IMG/VR virus record: IMGVR_UViG_3300035181_000471
Location: 62,001-126,000 of that record
Length of the DNA: 64,000 nt
Direction: 5' to 3' (one strand)
A model generated the notes under the pieces. That model was given only the letters and a program-made list of their open reading frames with translations. It was not told where the DNA came from and searched no databases. A program made the translations under genes and the position numbers. Positions 16,063 through 26,300 of this stretch are shown in pieces. Each line of letters starts with the position of its first letter. The first letter of the stretch is position 1.

Positions 16063-16959
16063 CTAATATCCGGGTCTTTTACCACTGAGGTCTGTAATTT
16101 TCTGTCGGAGTGAATACTCCTCTGAGCTTAAGTAGATTAGCTCTTTAGTTTTGTTGAGTAGCCAATAAGAAGCAGTTGTTCCTTCCCTGTAATCAGCAAT
16201 AGCAACAGTATCTAGACGATTCCCTGCTCGGATATTTTCAATCAACTGGAACTGCCCAGGAAAGTCTGGATTAAAAACTCCTAGAGTGCATCCTCCAGAA
16301 TCTCTTACTAGGTTAAATGCGAATACATCACTAGGGCCATCGCCTACATAGATCATGGATTCAAGCGGAACTCGCCTTCCACCTTTAGGGATAGACACAG
16401 TGACATCATATCCGTACACATTACAGCCCTTGCTAATCTCGTAGATGGCTCTAGTTTTGCCTATTGGGTCCATGCAAGATGCGATGGAGGTAAGGCCCTT
16501 GGCCCCGCCTTCGTCACAACGGAAATCGCCTGCATAGATACCACTGATTTTGAAGTCTGGATTTCTAGACTCCATTCTGACTCTATCTTCAAGGCCACCG
16601 AGCATAGCTTTAATACCTGCTGACACGATGTAAATCTCTGCTCCTAGTTTGTGTAGCTCGTTAAACATCCAGGTCACTCCTGGATAAAGCTTGATGTCGT
16701 TACCTAGCTTCTTTAGGATAATGTTGTCAAGACCAGCGAATCTACCATCCTTGACATATTGGAGGAAGGTATTCATGTAGTCTAGTTCATTGTGCGTGTG
16801 ACCTAATGTCTGCTCATTGGCTTTTGATCTAGCTCTGCAATCGTTCCAGAACTGATCTTCGTTTACACCGTAGCTCTCAAAGACCACCTTTTGCATGTAG
16901 TTAGGTGATAGGGTCTTATCGAAGTCAAAAATGACAGCTACTTTGGTGGACTTGAACAT
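16063..16959 (-). CDS. HAD-superfamily hydrolase
   Basis: FDFDKTL, IVSAG, YVGDGPSD. Confidence 0.88.
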   Translation of the reverse strand: MFKSTKVAVIFDFDKTLSPNYMQKVVFESYGVNEDQFWNDCRARSKANEQTLGHTHNELDYMNTFLQYVKDGRFAGLDNIILKKLGNDIKLYPGVTWMFNELHKLGAEIYIVSAGIKAMLGGLEDRVRMESRNPDFKISGIYAGDFRCDEGGAKGLTSIASCMDPIGKTRAIYEISKGCNVYGYDVTVSIPKGGRRVPLESMIYVGDGPSDVFAFNLVRDSGGCTLGVFNPDFPGQFQLIENIRAGNRLDTVAIADYREGTTASYWLLNKTKELIYLSSEEYSLRQKITDLSGKRPGY

Positions 16960-16987
16960 CCAGCCTCCTTTTAATCTTTACATAATA

Positions 16988-17560
16988 CTACGGTTTGATC
17001 TGGTCCATTCTCCAATGATTTCGACAAAGTGATATGTATTGGTCATTTCCACCCACACATACTTGCTCCCCGGAGTAGACAACATGACCATCTCTAATTC
17101 TTGCGTTAATAATTGCTTTTTTACCGCACCAGCAGATTGTCTTGAGTTCTTCGATTGTGTCTGCTACGGCCATAAGTTGGGATGAACCTGGGAATAAGTC
17201 GCCAAAAGCATCGGCACGAATACCGTAACAAATCACTGGAACATTGAGTCTATCTACCACTTCGGTAAGTTGCCAAATCTGGTCTTTTGTCAAGAACTGG
17301 GCTTCATCAACTAAAATGCAGTCCGGTTTTTGACACAATTCTACTATTTCTTTTATATTAGAATTTGGGTTAATGAGCCAGTCTACCCGCCTCTCTAAAC
17401 CAATGCGGGGTTTAATTATATCTGCACCCTCTCGATTGTCGATGGATGGCTTTATTACCCACACCTTTTGGTGCCTCTCTTCGTAGTTATAGGCTACTTG
17501 AAGAAGTTGGGTGGATTTACCGGAGTTCATGGCTCCGTAACGAAAGTATAGTTTAGCCAT
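16988..17560 (-). CDS. tdk: Thymidine kinase
   Basis: YGAMNSGKS, LVDEAQFL, KTICWCG, Y.SLCR.H. Confidence 0.96.
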   Translation of the reverse strand: MAKLYFRYGAMNSGKSTQLLQVAYNYEERHQKVWVIKPSIDNREGADIIKPRIGLERRVDWLINPNSNIKEIVELCQKPDCILVDEAQFLTKDQIWQLTEVVDRLNVPVICYGIRADAFGDLFPGSSQLMAVADTIEELKTICWCGKKAIINARIRDGHVVYSGEQVCVGGNDQYISLCRNHWRMDQIKP

Positions 17561-18270
17561 TATACTGCCTTTTTATTAGCTAGTTCCTTGTATACCGTTG
17601 ACATCTCATTAATATACCGCTCTACATCTATGATATGCAAGTATACTCTGATCCCTAGAGGTGTTATGCTGGTTTCAATATTATCTTCCTGCTTATTGAT
17701 CTCGACTAGTCCGTAATCTGCCATAACCTTGGCAATAACTTCCATAAGCAGAGCCACTCTGTTCTTAATGATGCGATCTCTTTGTTCCCCTAGAATCTCT
17801 TTGTTCCCTTTGTCTCTGATGGAGAAATTGAGGTTGTCCATCACTCTCTCCATCATGGAGCGGTCTTCTCCGTCTTCAGGAGAGTAAAGCTCTTTCATCA
17901 CTTTGATAAAAATTGGCTTGACAGATACACTGAATTCGGGGAACGACTCGACTAAGGAGCGCAGAATTACGGTGCCTAGGACTGAGGACACGCCAAAGGA
18001 GCCTCCCCAAGTTGCATCTCTGGTTAAGGTTGGATTTTGCGCGTATTCTGTGAGGGTTGGTAGCGAAGCGTAATTGTGGAAAAGACCTGTCACTCTACGA
18101 ATGATATCATTTGTAGTTGAATCTGAAAATGTCCCATCAGGACCGAGAATTACTGGAACGGCGTCTGAAACTCGTTGGAGTTCTCGCTTAGCTTTTTCAG
18201 TAAATTCTTTCTGCTTCAGTATGTAAGTCTGAAGGTCTTCAAGTGTATCAACTTTTAGTAATTTTGTCAT
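17560..18270 (-). CDS. Hypothetical protein
   Basis: 236-aa ORF in operon. Confidence 0.7.
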   Translation of the reverse strand: MTKLLKVDTLEDLQTYILKQKEFTEKAKRELQRVSDAVPVILGPDGTFSDSTTNDIIRRVTGLFHNYASLPTLTEYAQNPTLTRDATWGGSFGVSSVLGTVILRSLVESFPEFSVSVKPIFIKVMKELYSPEDGEDRSMMERVMDNLNFSIRDKGNKEILGEQRDRIIKNRVALLMEVIAKVMADYGLVEINKQEDNIETSITPLGIRVYLHIIDVERYINEMSTVYKELANKKAV

Positions 18271-18541
18271 AGTTAAGTCCTAGGCTACGGTAGAGGTATG
18301 AGATGAGGGATAGGGGAGTTTTGAATGTTTGGTGAGTTTCGGGTTGAACTAGGGTGTAATAAAAGTCTTTTGAGTAGAAATCTACTACCCATGCTCTTCC
18401 AAAGGTTGTGGCTTCATGACGAATACACAACCTACCTTTCATATTGCGGCGAATTTGAATATTTGGAGGAGTGTCCATAGGGATGTAGCTCTCCAACAGG
18501 AGAAAAAGACTGACCGCATCTCTTTCCACAAGTTTTCTCAT
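18248..18541 (-). CDS. Hypothetical protein
   Basis: 97-aa ORF coupled to helicase stop. Confidence 0.6.
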   Translation of the reverse strand: MRKLVERDAVSLFLLLESYIPMDTPPNIQIRRNMKGRLCIRHEATTFGRAWVVDFYSKDFYYTLVQPETHQTFKTPLSLISYLYRSLGLNYDKITKS

Positions 18542-19995
18542 TAGAAGAAAGTCTCAATGATATCGTCCATTCGTTTGTCTTCAACAAGACAGACTGAGTT
18601 CATATTTGACACCAAACCACAGTTGTTTTGCATCGCTGCCTTGAACACTGGGACACCCTCAGAGCGTCTAGTCTTTGCAGATGAAACCACCAATGCCTTC
18701 TCAGCTTTTAGATCATCGTTCAAGAAGACCGTCAGCATAGTATCAACCGATTTATCGAACTCAGAATACATATTGACACCGTTGATTTCCCATCGACCTT
18801 CGCTCTCCCCAGCCTTCTCCCACCCAGCACGGTTACCCTGAACTGGAGTCATGAAAACCACGCCTCTACCATTGTCGAAGTGTAGGGCGAACTGCTTAGC
18901 GTCTTTGATAACTACTTCCATCTCTTCTTTTTTACCTGTCCTAGTCTCGCAAAGCGTGAGGTAGTCCACCAGAAGAATATCAAGTTGGTCGGTTTGGTTT
19001 GCAATTTCAGCGGTGGTCTTTACGGCATCCCAAGTGGTGCTTTCGATGGGCTGACGAATGAGAAGCTTACCAGGAAGATTGGGAAGATCTGGAATGACTT
19101 CGTTGAATAGGAATGCTTCTTCTTCATCAGTGAAGTTTCCATCATCGAAAGCTTTCTTATCAAGCTTGAAACGACTGCCCCACTTTGGGTGGTAAGAATG
19201 CATGATACCATAGATGATCAACTCTTCTTCATAGGTCTGCTCAAGAGTAATATGGAGAACATTGAAACCGTCTAGGGCTGCATAGTAAGCGATGGAGCGA
19301 CAGAGGGCGGATTTTCTCTGACCCGCATAGCCTAGAACACCTACAAAGTCGCCTCGCTTTACGGCGAGGTGGTCATCAATGCCGTTGATGTGAGTGTAAA
19401 TTCTAAGTCTGCCAGCAAGACGCTCGGATTTGAACTTCTCATAGAGTTCACGAATGTAGCTACCGTTCTCGTTGAGAGATCCGTGAGAATTTTTACTACC
19501 AGTTGCCAGGGTGCCACGCTCAACCTGCTGGAAGAGGTAGCGCATAGCATCTTTTGGACCGGACAGCTTTTTCTTCGTCTTAGGCTCTTCAACTGAACCA
19601 GAGTTGATCTGCCTGACTACCTTCAATACATCAGATAGCCTCTGAGTTTCATACTCTTCAACTCTATCCGCTAAGATTTGATCTAAATCTAGAACAGAGT
19701 GAAGGTTAAGCTCTTCATAAAGCTCTTCATACTCTGTGATTCGTTCAGAAAGTAGGGGAGAAGAGGACTTACGCTCAATAGACTCTTTTAAGATGTCTAT
19801 GCTGGGGGCTTTCTTGTGGGTTGACCAGAAGTTGTAGACGAATCCAATTAGTTCCGCTTCGGTACTGTCAGAAATTTTTCTAATCGTTGACAAATGGTCA
19901 GATAGCCAGTTACAGGCATCCAAAGCTCGTTGAGATTCAGTTGCGCTATCCCCATGTCGGAGTAGATTATGAAAAATTCTATCAAAATTTGCCAC
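18541..19995 (-). CDS. DnaB-like replicative helicase
   Basis: GYAGQRKS Walker A variant, HITLE, LLVDYL Walker B, PVQGNR, KTR arginine finger. Confidence 0.82.
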   Translation of the reverse strand: MANFDRIFHNLLRHGDSATESQRALDACNWLSDHLSTIRKISDSTEAELIGFVYNFWSTHKKAPSIDILKESIERKSSSPLLSERITEYEELYEELNLHSVLDLDQILADRVEEYETQRLSDVLKVVRQINSGSVEEPKTKKKLSGPKDAMRYLFQQVERGTLATGSKNSHGSLNENGSYIRELYEKFKSERLAGRLRIYTHINGIDDHLAVKRGDFVGVLGYAGQRKSALCRSIAYYAALDGFNVLHITLEQTYEEELIIYGIMHSYHPKWGSRFKLDKKAFDDGNFTDEEEAFLFNEVIPDLPNLPGKLLIRQPIESTTWDAVKTTAEIANQTDQLDILLVDYLTLCETRTGKKEEMEVVIKDAKQFALHFDNGRGVVFMTPVQGNRAGWEKAGESEGRWEINGVNMYSEFDKSVDTMLTVFLNDDLKAEKALVVSSAKTRRSEGVPVFKAAMQNNCGLVSNMNSVCLVEDKRMDDIIETFF

Positions 19996-20092
19996 TACTT
20001 ACCTGCCTCTGTCTTTATTACCTGAATTCGATGGACTCCAACCAAACCAACTTTCGATTTCTTGAAACTAGGGGTGAGAGCAAAGAAGGGTG

Positions 20093-22729
20093 TCATCTGA
20101 ATTCCAGTGCCTCTAACCACCATTCTGGTAGCATACCAGAATTAAATAGTCTAATAGTGTCTGAATCCAGAATATAACTTGTTGCATAATCATCCTTTGA
20201 TCTAACTGAACGACCAATACTCTGAACCAAGTGGAGGCAGGCTTGCCAAGTATACCAAGTTTCGTCCATCTCCATTCTGGTTCTAATATACGGATCTGCC
20301 AAACTTCCCCAAGGACACTTAGCTATAACCTGGAATCTAGACAGGTCGTCCCTGAGATCCAGCCCTTCGGTCATAGAGGGGCTTAGAAGGACCGTTGGTT
20401 TGGAGCTAGTCATATGGTAGTCAACAACCATTCCACGGTTTTTAGAGTCATGTGTGAGCAACCTAGCGCCATGTGGGGTTCCAGCAAAATGATCCATGAT
20501 GTGCTGTGAAAGTTTGAACGAATTACAGTGGATGATACCTTTCTCCTCACTATGCTTGGTAAGCACTCTGTCAATTCGCTTTAGGAGTTTGGGTAGTGTA
20601 GTGTCATAGTTCTTGAAGGACATGCTACCCGCTGGGGCAAAGATAACTTGACGGTTTGACACCGGGAATTCTGAGGGTAGACTCATATAACCACACTCTT
20701 TGGGGTTGATTCCTAGATTACGGGTGAAGGTCTTAGGATCTAGGATGGTTGCTGACATCATAACAATGTGTTCGGCTCGACTAAACAAAAGCTCCTCAGC
20801 AAATACATCCCCTCTGAGGGGTTTGATGTTGATCCCGGTCTCAGTCTGGTTAATAAACCACAATAGGGACTCAGATTCCATAAATTTACCCAGATTTTCC
20901 GCAAATTGCTCGTAAGAAGTAAGTCGTTTTGCAATTGGCAACAGCTCTCTCCTGGACCCACCTTTCTCCAGCATTTCCATCTCAAGCTGCCCGATCAAAG
21001 CGGAGATCGCGGGGTTTAAAATGGTATTAATCCAATCTTTAGCTCTCTTAATATCAGTGAATTGAAGAACTCGTTTGGGGGGTTGAACATTTAGTTCACC
21101 CATTCTAATAGAAGAAATGTTGATCTCAGAGTGGCCGACTAAGGATGATTCAGTATTGTGAGCTTCGTCAATAACTAGAACTTTCTTCTTAGGAAGCTTT
21201 TTTGCCTCCTCTTTTTTGTAAGCTGAATCGGTTAAGAAGTAGCTAAAATTGGTAACCCCGTTAGGTTGGGACATAAATGCCGATTTAGCCTGCCTGTAGG
21301 GGCAGACAGAGCAAACATTACCGGAGATTCGGTTAAGTTGTTGACCGATATCACAGGTGGTGTCTTCGTGTTCGGTGCAAGTGTAGTTAGAGGCACCTCT
21401 TAGGTCCATTAGATTTAGGTGTTCAAATTCATTTTGGTATTGCTGTTGAAGGATTTTTTGAGATGTGAGGATCGTCCCTCCAGAGGTGTAGGGTTTACTT
21501 TGGGGTTCCTTAGCTGCGGCTTGAACCACACTCAGGGCTAAGCCAGAGTTATGGGTGACGGTAAAATCCCCCAATAAAAACAACCCGTCCCCGTCCAGAG
21601 TAAAGCCGTAAAATGGCCCGACTCCAGTTGCTTTTACGGAAATCCCAGTCACTAATACATCTTTTTTCTGAAGTCTAGGCTCCTGTCTTTTCCTTGGTAA
21701 CTTAACGGGAATAACACTACAGTCCCCGCTTATTGAAACCCTGTAGTAGTCCCCCACAGTCCCGTGTTGGTCAGATTTCTTACAGGGTGTTACATAAGCG
21801 GCTAAACCTAAGGATCGAGCCACAAATGCTATAGCGTTAGACAGGTTAGGCAATGACGAAATACTTTCGTAGCCTCCCGACACTTTAGAACCATCAGCGT
21901 CTAGGTATCCGGCTAGCAACTCTAATCTAGTGTCTCTGCTTCCAAATTTTAGTAATTCTGGAATAAATTTTGAGTTACTATGTAGGCCAAGGCATTTCAT
22001 GGCATTTAACAAGGGATTCCTACCCGGCTTCCCCCCTGTTATTCCGGTGGTTAGATTATAAGCTACAGCTTTTGAGCCGTTACTCCGAGTTGTCACGACT
22101 AACCCAAACTTGGATGCTAACGAAGTTAGGTAATCAACAATTTCTGAGTCCATCGAGGTAATCTCAGTCGGGGTACTAGTGGTTCCGTCCCCTAGCCAAA
22201 GTCCCACATAATAAGGGTCTACTGGTGAGCTAGCTTGTTTTTGAAAATCAACTCCGACTCTGTATCCCTTAGCACACCATTTAAAGTAGTTGGATTTACT
22301 AAGATAATCTGTAACTTTAATATTTATAACTGAGCCTTTTGTAAACTCCGAAATTTTTCTAGTTGCCCCACTCTGAGTAGTTTTTAGGGACAGTATATGC
22401 TCCTTGTTGACCCTGTAAGACATCCCTTTAACTGGAGTCACTTCATACATCTCATCTAGCCCCTGACTGATAGCTATAACCGTCCTTGGTAGCGAGTCAG
22501 GCCCCATTAGTAGATCACCAATACGGACACTGTTGGCTGGGACTACTTCACCAGAAAACAACATTACTGGGGTTAGAGGGTCCAAACACTTACCTATGCC
22601 TGTCGGGAGTTCAAAAATGGAGAATCGCTTACCCTTCTCAAGATTGGAGGCTAATTTCTCTAGTGCCTTCTCTTGGGATGGTCTAATTTCTGGGAATGGG
22701 AAGCCTGCTTTGAGGCTATCAATGTTCAT
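20093..22729 (-). CDS. DinG/XPD-family helicase containing an intein
   Basis: PTGIGK|S, Fe-S cysteines, IDEAH, MSATI, EGLDL, QSIGRSVR. Confidence 0.92.
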   Translation of the reverse strand: MNIDSLKAGFPFPEIRPSQEKALEKLASNLEKGKRFSIFELPTGIGKCLDPLTPVMLFSGEVVPANSVRIGDLLMGPDSLPRTVIAISQGLDEMYEVTPVKGMSYRVNKEHILSLKTTQSGATRKISEFTKGSVINIKVTDYLSKSNYFKWCAKGYRVGVDFQKQASSPVDPYYVGLWLGDGTTSTPTEITSMDSEIVDYLTSLASKFGLVVTTRSNGSKAVAYNLTTGITGGKPGRNPLLNAMKCLGLHSNSKFIPELLKFGSRDTRLELLAGYLDADGSKVSGGYESISSLPNLSNAIAFVARSLGLAAYVTPCKKSDQHGTVGDYYRVSISGDCSVIPVKLPRKRQEPRLQKKDVLVTGISVKATGVGPFYGFTLDGDGLFLLGDFTVTHNSGLALSVVQAAAKEPQSKPYTSGGTILTSQKILQQQYQNEFEHLNLMDLRGASNYTCTEHEDTTCDIGQQLNRISGNVCSVCPYRQAKSAFMSQPNGVTNFSYFLTDSAYKKEEAKKLPKKKVLVIDEAHNTESSLVGHSEINISSIRMGELNVQPPKRVLQFTDIKRAKDWINTILNPAISALIGQLEMEMLEKGGSRRELLPIAKRLTSYEQFAENLGKFMESESLLWFINQTETGINIKPLRGDVFAEELLFSRAEHIVMMSATILDPKTFTRNLGINPKECGYMSLPSEFPVSNRQVIFAPAGSMSFKNYDTTLPKLLKRIDRVLTKHSEEKGIIHCNSFKLSQHIMDHFAGTPHGARLLTHDSKNRGMVVDYHMTSSKPTVLLSPSMTEGLDLRDDLSRFQVIAKCPWGSLADPYIRTRMEMDETWYTWQACLHLVQSIGRSVRSKDDYATSYILDSDTIRLFNSGMLPEWWLEALEFR
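21548..22588 (-). mobile_element. LAGLIDADG intein (347 aa) in helicase Walker A
   Basis: N-term CLDP, block B VNKEHIL, GLWLGDG and LAGYLDADG, C-term VTHN followed by Ser. Confidence 0.93.
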
Positions 22730-23378
22730 TAATGGCTCGGAAACAGTAGGAACTGCATGAGTAATTGTCTAGGGTCTTGTTGTCGGCTATTTCAACATCA
22801 TCAGGGGTCATGAATTCTTTCAGGGTGTATGCTGCTTGGTTACAGGCGTTCCTGATGGTTTCATCATTCAATCTCTTGGTCATTTGAAGGATGGACTGGA
22901 ATTCCGAAATATGCATCAGGGCTAACTGATGAGGGATGCTACCTTCTGCGGCACATTTCTTAAATAGAGCAATAGCTTCGGTCAATCGAATGTTGGGAGA
23001 ATCTAGGTGAATCTCAATACAACAGAGTTTGAACCAAAGCTTTAGAATATTAGAGAGTTCTTCCCATCTCGGAAAGCCGGTATTGTGGTTACGGTCATCC
23101 AAAACCCCATCAAGCATACCAGTCTGCTCCAAATAGTCCCTATCGTCATCAATCGTTGGCTTTGCAACAAAGGCATGGCGGCGAAGCATCTTCTCTTTGC
23201 GAACTAACCCGCTTGAACACTTGCATGGGCCAGCATTTCCAATGGCGGCTAGATCAAGTTGATGGTATGCCAACTTTTTCAGGGTTTTTCCATCGAATTT
23301 CTGGCCTTTTGCCTTCAACTTCTCTAGTAATGAATAGAAATCCTCATACGACTCCACTGTTCGTCCTCCTAGCCTCAC
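22719..23378 (-). CDS. Hypothetical protein
   Basis: 219-aa ORF; start uncertain. Confidence 0.65.
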   Translation of the reverse strand: MRLGGRTVESYEDFYSLLEKLKAKGQKFDGKTLKKLAYHQLDLAAIGNAGPCKCSSGLVRKEKMLRRHAFVAKPTIDDDRDYLEQTGMLDGVLDDRNHNTGFPRWEELSNILKLWFKLCCIEIHLDSPNIRLTEAIALFKKCAAEGSIPHQLALMHISEFQSILQMTKRLNDETIRNACNQAAYTLKEFMTPDDVEIADNKTLDNYSCSSYCFRAINEH

Positions 23379-23393
23379 CTTATTATACTGGTT

Positions 23394-26300
23394 TTAAGAG
23401 GAAGCTAGGGCAGATTTCTTTCCAGAGTAGACAGGGTAGGCCACAATAATTGGAATAGTGCGAGTTATGGTGGGATCGGCAACGGAGGTTGCGGTGATGT
23501 AGGCTGGGTCACCCAATGGGTGGGCCACCGATGGTGCAGTCCAGTAGATGAAGTTATCTGGGGAGTTGGAGGTGGAAACAGAGAGGTTCCCAACACTACA
23601 GGTCCAACTTACAGAGGTATCTACGCAGTAAGTAGCTGTTGCGCTAATCTTTGTGACAGAATTGACTAGAACAATGGCGGTGTTTGATGCGGCAACACCT
23701 GGAACGGTTGGGCCGTTAAGAATAACGGTTGGGACGGTTACAGTGACATCCACAGAGGTATGATCACCTGCGGCGTTAGTCACAGTCAGGGTGAAGACAT
23801 TAGATTTAGCAGTCAAAGGCCCGGTATCGTAGCCTTGACCACTTCTTATGATGCTGGGGTTTCCAGGGAGTGTTGGAGTGATTGTTGCAGTTCCAGAGGC
23901 AAAAACAGGGGTTAGAACGGCAAATCCACCGTAATTGGGGGAGGTGGCGGAGAACGAGGAGATCTCTCCGGCCCCCACTACGGTAATAACACAATCAGCG
24001 TATTTAGTTGGATCAATGACTGAAGTTGCTCTCAGAACACTGGTCCCGACTGTAGAAGCGTTGTAGGTATTTCCGTTTGAAACAGACCCTACCCCGGATG
24101 CGATAGACCAAGTTACAGAGGTATTAACTGCTCCGGTCACAGTGGCAGGCGTTGTGAAGGTAGTTCCAATCGTCAAGACCTTAGTCGCTAGAACAGTCAC
24201 TACAACGGGAGTCATCGTTACAGTAGCGGAGGCAGACTTGGAGGGATCAGCAACAGAGGTTGCGGTGACAGTCAGCGTATTTCCAGGAACCGAAGTTAGA
24301 GGTGCTGTGAACTGGCCCGAGGCGTTAATTGTGCCATAGGTAGTAGACCAGATGACCGAAGTGTCTACGGCTCCGGTTACAGAGGATGCGAAGGTAGCCG
24401 ACTCTCCTGCTAGTAGGGTCTTCGTTGTAGGTAGGACTGAAACAGAAACAGTCTGAGGAGTTACCGTTAGACTTCGTTGGGTGCTTCCAGAAATGGCATT
24501 TGTAGCGGTGAGAGTGAAAGTAACTGCGGTTAGGGTGGCGGTTCTAGGTGCAGTTGGGGTCCCAGAGGTCACGGCTCCAACACCCTGATTGACAGATCCA
24601 GTTCCTCCAGAGAAGGTGGCGGTTAGGGTGTAGGTTTGGCCGACCTGAGGAGAGACTACGGAACTAGTGAACCCTGAAATTACAGGAAGATTGACCACTG
24701 TGACAGCGGAGGTTCCTGACTTGGCGGGGTTAGCTGTGGATGTGGCCCTAACAGTTGCAATTCCACCCGAGGGTGAGGTAGCTGGGGCAGTATACACACC
24801 ACTAGAGTTAACGGTTCCATAGGTTGCTCCACCATCTACTGACCAAGTGACTCCCTGTAGCCCTACGACTGCACCAGAAACGGTTGGAGTGAGGGTGGTG
24901 GTGCCGTTGATGGCAACAGAGGTAGAGGTTGGTGCTACAGAGACAGTGATGGCACTAACCGTCATGGTGATAGTAGCAGATTTGGTTGCGTCAGCTACGG
25001 ATGTTGCTCTGACTACGGTTCCTGTTCCGGTTCCAGCGGTGTATACACCACCTACGGTGATAGAACCATTAACAGCCGAAGCTCCTCCATCAATGGACCA
25101 AGTTACAGCGGTGTTTACTGCGTTGGTGACGGTTGCTGAGCAGTTAGTTGTCTCTCCGGCAAGAAGAGTGGTTTTTACTGCGGAAGCAGAGATGGTGACG
25201 GTTGGAATGGTGATTACACAAGTGGCGTTCTTTGTAGGATCAGACACGGATGCGGCATAGATGGTGTAAGTTCCTGGTACGGCTGGTGCTACGAAAACAG
25301 CGGTGGTGGCACTAGGCGTTAGACCACTCCCTACAGTGGCTACAGACCAAGTTACGGTGTTGTCTGTAGCCCCTGTTACCGTTGCGGTTAAATTGACGGT
25401 TCCGCCAACTTGAGGTGAGGCGGTAGTTGGGGACACGGCCACTGACACGGTTTGAGGAGTGATGGTAACGGATGGAGCATCATAAACAACCCCAGCTAAG
25501 CTGGTAACCCTCAAATAGTAGGTGATGGGAGAAGTAAATCCGCCAGTCTGAACAGCGATGCTAACACCAGTTGCGGCATTAGCAGAAATGTCGCTCCCAC
25601 CTAAGGTAGTTCCAATAATCGCAGAAGAACCGTTGTGAGTTGGAGTGATGGTTACATTGGTAGCACCTCTTAGCGGAGCTAGGGTTGAAGCGGCTAGAGA
25701 TCCAGTTGGAGATGCGGCTGTGACAACAGTTAGATCACCAGTTCCGCTATTGGAGCTATTTTTAGCGGCGTTGGCAACAGAGGTGGCACGGATTGTGGCG
25801 GTTCCGGTTGAAGTGGGAGTGAATTGGTTTCCAACCCAACTTCCAGTTACGCCTGTGTGGGACCAAGTTACGGTGGTATCCACGGCTCCAGTCACGGTTG
25901 CACTGTAGGACTTAGTGGTATTGACTCCAATGGCCCCAGCAGGAGTAGGAGTCCCTACAACTACAAGCTGAGGGGTGATAGTTACAGATGCAGTCGTAGA
26001 GGCACCGACTACATTAGTCACTGTTAGAGTGTAAGTGATGGGCGCAGACCCAGATTGAACAGGGTTTGTAGGTAGAGTTGGAGTGGCCTTGTCAACACCA
26101 GAAGAGATTGCACCAATTCCGTTATCGACAGTTGCAGTTCCACCACCAGGAGCGGTGTATACGCCGTTCAAGTTTACTGAAGCACCATGCAAGGGAGTTA
26201 AGGAGGAGGAGGTGAAGCTAGAAATGGTGGGTGGTGCCCAAGCCGTTACGGTCACAGTTCTAGTTACAGAAGTTCCTGCGGCATTTGTGGCCGTTAAAGT

